A stretch of 64,000 nt of DNA from Kiritimatiellia bacterium (GTDB lineage: Bacteria > Verrucomicrobiota > Kiritimatiellia > JAAZAB01), in NCBI GenBank assembly GCA_040767085.1, contig JAXGPF010000006.1, forward strand, positions 128,001-192,000. The letters are read 5' to 3'. Below the pieces are notes generated by a model. It was given only the letters and a program-made list of their open reading frames with translations, ran no database searches and was not told the DNA's origin. The position numbers and the translations under genes are program-made. Within the stretch, counting starts at the first letter, position 1, and every line of letters begins with the position of its first letter. Below are positions 53,901-61,394 of the stretch, piece after piece.

Positions 53901-54190
53901 TGCTCGGGCTTGGGATGCGTAATTTCAAAGGCGATGTACAGCCAGGTATTGTCATAGGCGGCCCGAACGCGCGCCGCGGCGGCGGCTTCGGATTGACCCC
54001 ACGGGCTGAGCGGCAATTCCGCGGCGTCCGACCAGCACGCATCGGCCAGATCGCCGTCAATCGCTGGCGCCTGGCGGCAAGTCCGCAGCGGGAATTCCGG
54101 CAAAGCCGCCGGATCGGCCGGCCCGGCCGCCAGGCAGACGCCTATCCCCAGCATGCCCATCCAGCCGCTAATATTTTTCAGGTTATGCAT
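50963..54190 (-). CDS. Family C protein, copy 1
   Basis: Signal peptide, IDEP, DPYW, NPSFE, WIDGLQFETG.EPGAFEE. Confidence 0.8.
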   Translation of the reverse strand: MHNLKNISGWMGMLGIGVCLAAGPADPAALPEFPLRTCRQAPAIDGDLADACWSDAAELPLSPWGQSEAAAAARVRAAYDNTWLYIAFEITHPKPEHIQPTVFEPDGGVSQDDDVEVFIDPGTAGRMYLQYMLSAANTRAERRVTVTPHGVEREHGWDMPWRSATRRTTRGWNAEMALPLEAVADYGPSSDLRMNFGVTVVDPVIDPYGMRIGANRAYLLWAPVISSFHEPERFGYAREFAPRNIQTPFLPDFRQVTVAGYETAADGTFAYPLRLRLRNHSRQPGAAVLVAAEELLSGKKSEQRFEVRLKGHEQRELDLRVAAADLEERKITVRLEDPATGEVWLSAPVPDTSALVLLTAYADRNYYTAEPEAVIICRAGLPESELSRMTLRARDAQGAELARHPMAGADTHLRIPLAPLALGRHTLAVEACARDGRPVFTCPVEIIKRAPRPGREYKLDRINQVVLRDGRPFVPFGVIAEVSTEEYFKQLSDAGIKTILSWGYVLDRDYPGYPNLITLDRMQAWLEKYDMQWLDCLETHTPAEGSVNRYRLKYLRPDSPPGRFPESYPTYDAAYAKKFQTTRAALEKIRDNPRLIGYMNIDEPPVNAVVEKAAADYYALTQELDGYRPVFFNCGPYDNHCDIIGADPYWIPAGSDPRANSPAAAVHRTYCFYDGTRLRNYVADAARLRRPVWMVPMGEYFSGCHKRAMLPAENFCQTYLLLIHGVKGFFYFVHPFQHPLSLQTMGALSRQMEILGPIAGLADVPQTVKYEPGSMDPANNVMPDVHVALKPNPDGGQVLLAANAKWYPVDVTFGVGTLGPTGMVGRLFAADRYPVQDGAFRDRLEPYGVRAYTLGPPDAVTGGPAAAKIQISVSMTPHPELGQGEEIEHPRTGRIGKRNLVPNPSFEEASLPGWPDYFRVFPSSLYQRAHTPARPFFSRADAAFGLDAAQAWHGKASLRLEASPEPFVSGSRCICYLGPKFDRPTHCAASVYMRAERAGVEAQFIFRGDAGTAAKYFGRETFRLTTDWQRYAESDLVPAGVDPYNWFGLEVKGEGAVWIDGLQFETGLEPGAFEE

Positions 54191-54255
54191 GATTCTTTCC
54201 GTCCAAGCCAGGATATTAATCTTCTCATATTAGACTTGACGATTATTAATGAATA

Positions 54256-54282
54256 GGTAGGGCGGCCAGTCCCTTGGCCGCC
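54256..54282 (+). repeat. GGTAG-type REP hairpin
   Basis: GGTAG followed by GGCGGCCA-gtccct-TGGCCGCC; related to the core of 20901-21016. Confidence 0.6.
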
Positions 54283-54450
54283 GCGGTCCGCGCGCCTTGC
54301 GGTGTAAATTTCCAGGCGCGCTGCCAGGCGCCGGCGTTGATCGCAAACCCGGCAGCATCCAGCTTTATTTCATATTTCATTTGCGCTATGCCTTGAACCT
54401 GAAGATTGCGCCGCGCAAGTTTGACGCGCCCATCGCCTGCCGGGGCCATC

Positions 54451-56349
54451 TCACTGCAGACGGAACATCGTCCCCGGGGGAATGTATTCGTAACAGCCCA
54501 TATCCGGCAGACGGGAGAAACGGTCCAGCCGCGGACGACCGTCCAGGTCAAAGCCCTGCGCCATCCAGGATTCATTCGTCCCGGCATTGATGCAGGGCGA
54601 CCCGGCGGCCAGCCGGTAATTGCCGCCGGCAAAATCGGCGAATTCCGGCGGCGCGGCGGTGTTGTGCTGGTTGGCGGTGGACAGATCGCGCGATGTGCAG
54701 CAGTAATGGAACGAATTAGTCGCGGCAGCCTGGTTTAGAGGATACACCCCCACGTCAATTTCAGCCGCGGCGCTGGCGCGGTTGGAATAAATGATGGTAT
54801 TGATGAAATAATTGGTGGAGACCACCCACATGCCGCCGCCGTAACCGGACACCGATTCGTTGTCCGCGAACGTGCAGGACCGGATGCTGCCGTTGCTGAC
54901 GATCATGTTATCCGCAAACAGCCCGCCGCCATGGTTGGAAGCGACATTACCCGCCACCAGGCAGTTGATCAGCGTCCCCCCCTGGGTCAAATGCGCCCCG
55001 CCGCCATAATACCCACTGTTATTGCTGACAATCCGGCTGTGAGTTATCAATCCGCCCTGCGAAGCATAAATCCCCCCGCCAAGGCTGCTGCTGTTGGTGC
55101 TGCCCAGGTTGCCTTCTATGACGCAGTTGGACACCACCCCGCCGCGATACAAGATAATCCCGCCGGCATTCTTGGCCGACTGGTTGTATCGAATCGTGCA
55201 GTTCATGATTTGCGCGTCATCCGGCGCGGCGCCGGATCGGGTAACATACACCCCGCCGCCGCCCTGGTTGCCCAATCCGTCGGAGCGATTGTATTCAATC
55301 GTGCAGCCGTCCACCAGCGCGCCGCCGGTGCCGGCGCCGATGCCGACCCCGCCGCCATCGCGGTTGGTTGACCAGTTATGCGTAATGAGGCAATTGCGGA
55401 CAATCTGGGTCGCATGGCCGCTCAGGTAAATGCCGCCGCCGGTGCCATCGCCGCCGGTGCGGTTGTTGCTGATGACGCAGTCAACCACCAGGGCGCCGGG
55501 CGAGCCGGCATCACGCAGATACACGCCGCCGCCGCTGCCCGCGCTTTCAGTCGCGGAGTTAGCCGCGATCGTGCAGCCGGTCACAATTCCATTATAGGTT
55601 ACCGTCATGCCGCCGCCGCTGCCGGCGGAATTATTGCTGATGACGCATCCGCGGACGATCCCGAGCTGGATGAGTATTCCGCCGCCGCCCTGACTGCTGC
55701 GGTTCGCCTTGTTCCCGGCAATCAGACAATCGGCGACAATCCCGCCCACGGTATAACTGCTGTTAGGCCCAGTGCGGATGAAGATACCGCCGCCGCGAGG
55801 ATCGGGATCGTTGGTGGAAATTATATTTTCGATTATGCAACTGTTGTAAACCGCGCCGGTGCCATACATCCAGATGCCTGCGCCGCCCTCGCCGCTTGCA
55901 GTGCCCTCGACGTAATTGGCCTTGATCAGGCAGCCGGTGACCGTGCCGCCCAGCGAGGAAATATAAACGCCGGCGCCGGCGTTGGCAAATCCGTTGGTGA
56001 TCTGCAAGCCGTCCAGCACGGCGTCTTTATGGTTCACCCAAAAACAGCGATAGTCGCCGCCGCCGTCAATGATCGTGTTCGTCTGGCCGGGCGTGTTCAC
56101 CCCGCGCACCGTCACGGCCTTGTCATTGGTGATGGTGGCGGCAATTTTATACAGGCCGTTGGACACCAGCACCAGTTCGACATCGCTTTGCGCCAGCGCA
56201 TTGCTGATCGTGGCCATGGGCGCGGCCCAGTTCGTTCCGCCATTGATATCCGACCCCGCCGGCGGCGGCGCCACATGGTAAGTCGCGGCGGAAAGTCCGC
56301 CGGCGATTGCCAGGCTGCAGCCTGCCAACAACAGTTTCAAGTAACGCAT
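54451..56349 (-). CDS. Family B beta-helix protein, copy 1
   Basis: Signal peptide, GGG repeats, SPCINAG...DMGCYE, ends GTMFRLQ. Confidence 0.85.
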   Translation of the reverse strand: MRYLKLLLAGCSLAIAGGLSAATYHVAPPPAGSDINGGTNWAAPMATISNALAQSDVELVLVSNGLYKIAATITNDKAVTVRGVNTPGQTNTIIDGGGDYRCFWVNHKDAVLDGLQITNGFANAGAGVYISSLGGTVTGCLIKANYVEGTASGEGGAGIWMYGTGAVYNSCIIENIISTNDPDPRGGGIFIRTGPNSSYTVGGIVADCLIAGNKANRSSQGGGGILIQLGIVRGCVISNNSAGSGGGMTVTYNGIVTGCTIAANSATESAGSGGGVYLRDAGSPGALVVDCVISNNRTGGDGTGGGIYLSGHATQIVRNCLITHNWSTNRDGGGVGIGAGTGGALVDGCTIEYNRSDGLGNQGGGGVYVTRSGAAPDDAQIMNCTIRYNQSAKNAGGIILYRGGVVSNCVIEGNLGSTNSSSLGGGIYASQGGLITHSRIVSNNSGYYGGGAHLTQGGTLINCLVAGNVASNHGGGLFADNMIVSNGSIRSCTFADNESVSGYGGGMWVVSTNYFINTIIYSNRASAAAEIDVGVYPLNQAAATNSFHYCCTSRDLSTANQHNTAAPPEFADFAGGNYRLAAGSPCINAGTNESWMAQGFDLDGRPRLDRFSRLPDMGCYEYIPPGTMFRLQ

Positions 56350-56363
56350 TTTGCCCTCCCTTT

Positions 56364-57662
56364 TTAATGTTTGTCCAAAGTCAGCTTGATCAACTTCCAG
56401 TTTTCATCCGCCTGGATGCCTTTGACTGCCGCCGTCCGGCCTTTATGTTCCGCCTTGATGGTGTAAGTAAAAGCCATCTTGTCCGGCGCATCCGAACCCT
56501 TCACGGCGGTCAGGATGTATTCCGTGAGCAACAGGGTGTTGTCTTCGCCCCGCCCCGGGGTCCGGCCCTGCGCATTGGTTTTGAAAACCCGGCTTTGGAT
56601 CAGATCGCAGCCTTCCTGTTCCGCCCGGAACGAGACCGCCGCGTCCTCCAGCGGGTTGCCGGCGGCATCGGCGACTTCCACCACCACGTGCCGGCGCACG
56701 GACAATTTCGGGCGATTGGTCTTCCCCTTGGACTCGCGCGTGCCGAACAAGTCGCCCTGGCGCGGCTTGTCCCAGACGCAATCCACCAGGACCAGCCCGT
56801 CATCCGACATGTTCAAGGACCAGTTGCGGTCGTTGTTTTCAAACACGCAATCGGTCAATTCTGCCTTCAGGCTGCCGTAATCCATGACCGCCGTGCCGCA
56901 GTTCCGGAAAACGCACCCCGACGCCTGCTGGGCTCCGTTCAACAAAGGCACGCCCACGCGCTCGAAAAGGGTATTCCGGACAAGGTAGTCCTTGTTGTGG
57001 CCGGCAGTCATGCCGTAAATGAACTTTTTGACATCGGCGATCCGGGCGCCGTCGAAAACCGTGCTGCCATGACACCCCATGAATCCGTTTTTGGCGTCCC
57101 CAATCGGATAATTTGGATCAAGAGCCGAGATTTCGCCGTGATACACATAAACCCCGCCGCCGAATTGATCGGCCTTGATCCAGGGCAGGCGTCCGCAAGT
57201 CAAGGTCCAATGCTCGTTGGACGTGCAGGCAAACTGCAACTTCGCGGATATGTTGGTCGCCCCGGGCAATCCCAGGCGCAGGGCGTTCATGCGTCTCTCC
57301 ACCTGCCAATACAGTCCAGTGTTTTGCGCTTTAACAAAATACGGATGAACATAAACATTGCCGCGCATGATCAAGGTTTCGTTGGGGATGTCCGCGTTGC
57401 CGACTTGCAGCACCGTTTCCGTCCCGTCATTGGCGCCGATGATGATGTCGCAATCAACATGGCAAACGGCGGAAGTTGCGGCATAGCGCACTTTATTCCA
57501 GCCGAACGCGCGGTCGGCCACGGCCAGCTGCCGCAGGGTGCAAGGCCAGGCCGGCGGATAATCCGCAATCCGGATCGCCTGGCGTTCTTCGTCAAAAAGG
57601 ATGCCGGCGGAAACATGGGCGGAAAAAGCCAGGGCGGTTAATAAGGATATGGCGTGGCGCAT
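56364..57662 (-). CDS. Family A protein, copy 1
   Basis: Signal peptide; same motifs as the other A copies. Confidence 0.8.
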   Translation of the reverse strand: MRHAISLLTALAFSAHVSAGILFDEERQAIRIADYPPAWPCTLRQLAVADRAFGWNKVRYAATSAVCHVDCDIIIGANDGTETVLQVGNADIPNETLIMRGNVYVHPYFVKAQNTGLYWQVERRMNALRLGLPGATNISAKLQFACTSNEHWTLTCGRLPWIKADQFGGGVYVYHGEISALDPNYPIGDAKNGFMGCHGSTVFDGARIADVKKFIYGMTAGHNKDYLVRNTLFERVGVPLLNGAQQASGCVFRNCGTAVMDYGSLKAELTDCVFENNDRNWSLNMSDDGLVLVDCVWDKPRQGDLFGTRESKGKTNRPKLSVRRHVVVEVADAAGNPLEDAAVSFRAEQEGCDLIQSRVFKTNAQGRTPGRGEDNTLLLTEYILTAVKGSDAPDKMAFTYTIKAEHKGRTAAVKGIQADENWKLIKLTLDKH

Positions 57663-57681
57663 GGCAAGGGCCCCTTGATGA

Positions 57682-58743
57682 TCAACCGTTGTTTTTTTCC
57701 GAACGCGGAATTTTCACCACCCCCGGCCGGCAGCCAGCGGCCGCGGCAGGATTCATTAACGTTAAAAGTTTCAGCATGCCGGCTTTCCCCAGTTTGAAAT
57801 AATCCGGCTTGGCGATCCGGCGAACCTTGATTGCGGGCGGCAGGCGCTCCATTTCCGGGACATCCTGGCAAAGGAACACGAAGCCGGGGGGCAGGCAGTC
57901 ATGCTCGCGGGCCAGGACCTCCATGGCGGCGCGGCCGAACCCGCCGCCCTGGGAATACACCGCCCGCGGATGCCGCGTCCGCAAGAGGCGCCGCAAAGGC
58001 CGGGCAATGTCATCCGCGGGAATGGTGTATTCCGGCGGACGTTGCAACCCGCGCTGGGCGAATAATCCCTCGAACGCGGCATACACCTGCCGCGCGTCGG
58101 GATGGCTGTCATCGCGCCCCACGAATGCCACGTCCGCGCCGGCCTGCGCGATCAATTCCGCCGCCCCCTTCAGCATGGCGCCCTGATAATCGTCCAGCAC
58201 GACATTTTTCCAGCCGGGCAAGGCCCAGGAATTGACGACCACCAGCCGGTCGCAATGCGCAAAGAAATATTCCGGCATTTCCGGATGCAGCGCCGGCGGA
58301 TGCAGCCAGAGCAGGCCGTCAAATCCCAGCGCTGTCACATCCGCCAGGGTGTCGGCCGGTTGGCGCGCCGTGAAATTTACAAATTGCACCGAGACTTCAT
58401 GCCGCGCCAGCGCCGCAAACACCCCTGCCAGCTCCTGCTGGAAATTGCCGGTGATGTTCACCAGCATGCCGCTGGACAGGATCACGCCCACCTTGGGACA
58501 TGGCGGCGCCGGGTTGTCGGCGGTTTTCCGGGGATTGACAAACGTGCCCATGCCGCGCTTGGGCACGAGATATCCTTCCCGGACCAGGTCTTCCATCGCG
58601 CGGCGGACCGTGCCGCGGGCAACATCGAATTTCCGGCACAACTCGCGCTCGGAAGGCATCTTGACGGCTTGGCCGCCGGCATGCGCCACCTGGTTGACCA
58701 CGAATTGCCGGATCCGCATGTATTCTGGAACGGGAATAGACAT
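57682..58743 (-). CDS. GntR-family regulator with LacI-type sensor domain
   Basis: MPSERELCRKFDVARGTVRRAM..L...G....RG.GTFV; periplasmic-binding-fold-like C-terminus; start 58743. Confidence 0.9.
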   Translation of the reverse strand: MSIPVPEYMRIRQFVVNQVAHAGGQAVKMPSERELCRKFDVARGTVRRAMEDLVREGYLVPKRGMGTFVNPRKTADNPAPPCPKVGVILSSGMLVNITGNFQQELAGVFAALARHEVSVQFVNFTARQPADTLADVTALGFDGLLWLHPPALHPEMPEYFFAHCDRLVVVNSWALPGWKNVVLDDYQGAMLKGAAELIAQAGADVAFVGRDDSHPDARQVYAAFEGLFAQRGLQRPPEYTIPADDIARPLRRLLRTRHPRAVYSQGGGFGRAAMEVLAREHDCLPPGFVFLCQDVPEMERLPPAIKVRRIAKPDYFKLGKAGMLKLLTLMNPAAAAGCRPGVVKIPRSEKNNG

Positions 58744-58815
58744 AACCAGCCAAAAAGGCGCCGGCCGCGGCGATGCAATCTGAGTTACGGCATACCCAGC
58801 ACAAGCTTCTATACC

Positions 58816-58844
58816 ATTGTGACCACTTTTGCGGATCTTGTCAA
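58816..58844 (-). promoter_or_regulatory. Putative promoter of gntR and the island
   Basis: TTGACA-N17-CACAAT with TGGT half-sites flanking the -10 box. Confidence 0.5.
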
Positions 58845-58955
58845 CCAATTTCTGCGCGGCGGCAGCAATTCGGGCGCATCTGTGATTAGGTGCAGGCAAG
58901 CAGACACCGGTAACACGATTGGTTGCTTGCGCACAGTCTTTGGCCGCGCAGCGGC

Positions 58956-59039
58956 TTTGGAGTGCGCAGGGCTCGACTGCGCTTCTGGTAGGCTTGCGTT
59001 TAAAACCGTCAAATCCGGCCTAGCCGGACGCACTCCAAA
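58956..59039. repeat. GGAG-type REP doublet
   Basis: Perfect 11-bp inverted repeat TTTGGAGTGCG / CGCACTCCAAA with an inner hairpin. Confidence 0.6.
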
Positions 59040-59088
59040 AAGGCGGCAAGTCAATTAATCAAAAATGCGCCCCCGTGCATGAAAGACG

Positions 59089-59853
59089 GTTTGGGATTGC
59101 CCCCCGTCCAGGGGATCGTATAATCACTGGCCCAGGTCGGTGGCGGTGACGCCCGTTTGGGATTGCCCCCCGTCCAGGGGATCGTATAATGAAATCGAAT
59201 CCATGGCCGAAACACTCTCTGGTTTGGGATTGCCCCCCGTCCAGGGGATCGTATAATAAAATAATAGTTTACACCATATGCATTTTTGTTTGGGATTGCC
59301 CCCCGTCCAGGGGATCGTATAATACGCGGACCTGTTTCGACTATACCGGCCCCGTTTGGGATTGCCCCCCGTCCAGGGGATCGTATAATGCGGGTGGTTG
59401 CTATGTATTCGACGGGAACGGTTTGGGATTGCCCCCCGTCCAGGGGATCGTATAATGCCGGCGGCGCGGATGTCGGAGAAGTTGTAGTTTGGGATTGCCC
59501 CCCGTCCAGGGGATCGTATAATCGGCGGAGCATTTTCGCGTGCGGGATGCGAGTTTGGGATTGCCCCCCGTCCAGGGGATCGTATAATACAAACGGACGG
59601 CGGAATGCGCGTAGTGCTGTTTGGGATTGCCCCCCGTCCAGGGGATCGTATAATTGCGGCACTGCGCTCGATTGCTGCATGATGGGTTTGGGATTGCCCC
59701 CCGTCCAGGGGATCGTATAATTGGTTCTGGGATGGGACGCGGATGAACCGGGTTTGGGATTGCCCCCCGTCCAGGGGATCGTATAATACGGCCGAGGAAG
59801 TGGCGTCGCGCGAGGCGGTTTGGGATTGCCCCCCGTCCAGGGGATCGTATAAT
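59089..59853 (+). CRISPR. Type II-C CRISPR array: 12 identical 36-bp repeats, 11 spacers of 30-31 bp
   Basis: Repeat GTTTGGGATTGCCCCCCGTCCAGGGGATCGTATAAT; orientation inferred from tracrRNA pairing. Confidence 0.98.
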
Positions 59854-59856
59854 ATG

Positions 59857-59885
59857 TTGACATTTTTGTTTTAATATCATATAAA
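59857..59885 (+). promoter_or_regulatory. Putative tracrRNA promoter within the AT-rich leader
   Basis: TTGACA-N17-TATAAA. Confidence 0.65.
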
Positions 59886-59891
59886 TCAAAA

Positions 59892-60038
59892 GCAATGGAT
59901 GAATGTCGCTTTTGGACGGGGGGCATCATCTCAAATAAGCTGACCAACTTGTGGCACTGAGAACTCGTGGCAACACGGGAGCACCCACAGGTTGCAAGGT
60001 TTGGATGCGCTCCGAGCAATCGGAGCGCATCTTTTTTT
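59892..60038 (+). ncRNA. tracrRNA
   Basis: Anti-repeat TGGACGGGGGGCA (59913-59925, 13-bp perfect), TC bulge, ATCTCAAAT lower stem, AAGC nexus-like segment, terminator. Confidence 0.85.
60004..60038 (+). terminator. Rho-independent terminator
   Basis: 12-bp perfect stem GATGCGCTCCGA-gcaa-TCGGAGCGCATC followed by T7. Confidence 0.85.
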
Positions 60039-60387
60039 ACCAGATAAAGACCATTTGTTCCGGCATCTTTTCCGGCATAGCGGTTTTTTTGCAGCGAAAG
60101 ACCATCATTCTTCCCCACTGGGCATCCGAAATGATCAGCGCCCTCACTTCGCCTTCCGGCGGTATGTGTTTTTGCAGTCGGCGCACGGTGGTTTCGACCC
60201 GGTCCGCGCTGCCGCAGGGGCGGGCATAAACGCTGAACTGTAACATTATGTAGCCCTCTTTAATCAGGTCGCGCCGGAAATCGGCCGCCGCTTTTCGCTC
60301 TTGCCGCGTTCCGACGGGCAAATCAAAAAATACAACTGCCCATGCCATGCGATATTTACTACATCTGGTTGGCCGACTCCGTTTCAC
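60037..60387 (-). CDS. cas2: CRISPR-associated Cas2
   Basis: YRMAW..VFFDLP, FRRDLIKEGY.MLQFSVY. Confidence 0.95.
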   Translation of the reverse strand: MKRSRPTRCSKYRMAWAVVFFDLPVGTRQERKAAADFRRDLIKEGYIMLQFSVYARPCGSADRVETTVRRLQKHIPPEGEVRALIISDAQWGRMMVFRCKKTAMPEKMPEQMVFIW

Positions 60388-60392
60388 ATTGA

Positions 60393-61394
60393 TTACGTAC
60401 CGGAAGTTGGCTGTGGTATCATCGGGATTGATAGAGGGAAGCGAGCGTCGCGCAATGTAGCCTGCTGCAGCCCGCGCACCAGCAAATCAATGGCATGCAA
60501 CATTCGAACAGTCTGGCCCTTGATTTTGACTTCCAAGGCCAAAAGCTTGGCGGCTGCCGGTATCCAGGATTGCATGTCATAATGCAGGCCGCTGTATGCC
60601 AAATACTGGCGTAATTCCCGGTCTGCCCAAGGACGTAAGGGCTCCATGATATCGTCCGCCAGCGCAAATGAACCGGCACGGTTGCTGTGGTGCAGACCCA
60701 GCGCGGCAATAAAACCATGCACCGCCAGGCTCCGTAAAACCGCCGTCCGCAGCACCGCGTAGGCATAATCCAACATGCCGTTTATGCCTTGCCGGCTGCC
60801 GGGAACGCGTTTAGTTTCAGCCGAGGGCAATTGGCGGAAAAAACAATGCCAATATATGCGTGCAGCCCGTGATTCACAGGCATCTGGCGTTGCGACGTGC
60901 CTTCCGACTCGTTGTGATGGCGTAATTTTATCAATAGATACTCGCTGTTTCACGGAATCTGCTACCGGTGGGTTTTCACAGGTTTTGGCAATCAGCATTA
61001 ATTTGCCATGCGTCTCGCGGTCGTTTGCCAGTACCGCCGCCTGATTGTGTATCTTGGCCGCAATCAGTTGGCGCCACATACCGGTTTTCCATGTGTCAGT
61101 CCAAACAGTTTGGGCGCGGATGCATTCTGTATTGGTAGCCCGGTAATACGGCAAAGATATGGAGCATGGTTCGAAACGTTCGTTGCAAATTAACAGCGGG
61201 ATGTTCAATTCCGCCATTCGTCGCAACGCGCTGGCGGTAACCGATGTTTCCCGGGAGGCAACAATGACCGCGGCGACATCCGCCAACGGGATGGAGCGTA
61301 TTTCATCCTCGTCCGGCGCCTTTATCTGCAACTGGTCCAGTCGCAGTCTGACATGCAAATCAGGCTTTATCAGATGGATGATTCGGAAGCTCAT
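60393..61394 (-). CDS. cas1: CRISPR-associated Cas1, type II
   Basis: KIHNQ, ESRAARIYW, NGMLDYAYAVLR, GLHH, LADDIMEP. Confidence 0.95.
   Translation of the reverse strand: MSFRIIHLIKPDLHVRLRLDQLQIKAPDEDEIRSIPLADVAAVIVASRETSVTASALRRMAELNIPLLICNERFEPCSISLPYYRATNTECIRAQTVWTDTWKTGMWRQLIAAKIHNQAAVLANDRETHGKLMLIAKTCENPPVADSVKQRVSIDKITPSQRVGRHVATPDACESRAARIYWHCFFRQLPSAETKRVPGSRQGINGMLDYAYAVLRTAVLRSLAVHGFIAALGLHHSNRAGSFALADDIMEPLRPWADRELRQYLAYSGLHYDMQSWIPAAAKLLALEVKIKGQTVRMLHAIDLLVRGLQQATLRDARFPLSIPMIPQPTSGT

Noticed and set aside
47640-54720. Diversity-generating retroelement TR/VR pair
   Set aside because: Mismatches are not adenine-specific, both copies are coding, and there is no reverse transcriptase in the window
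59051-60118. ORFs spanning the CRISPR array
   Set aside because: Repetitive translations of the repeats
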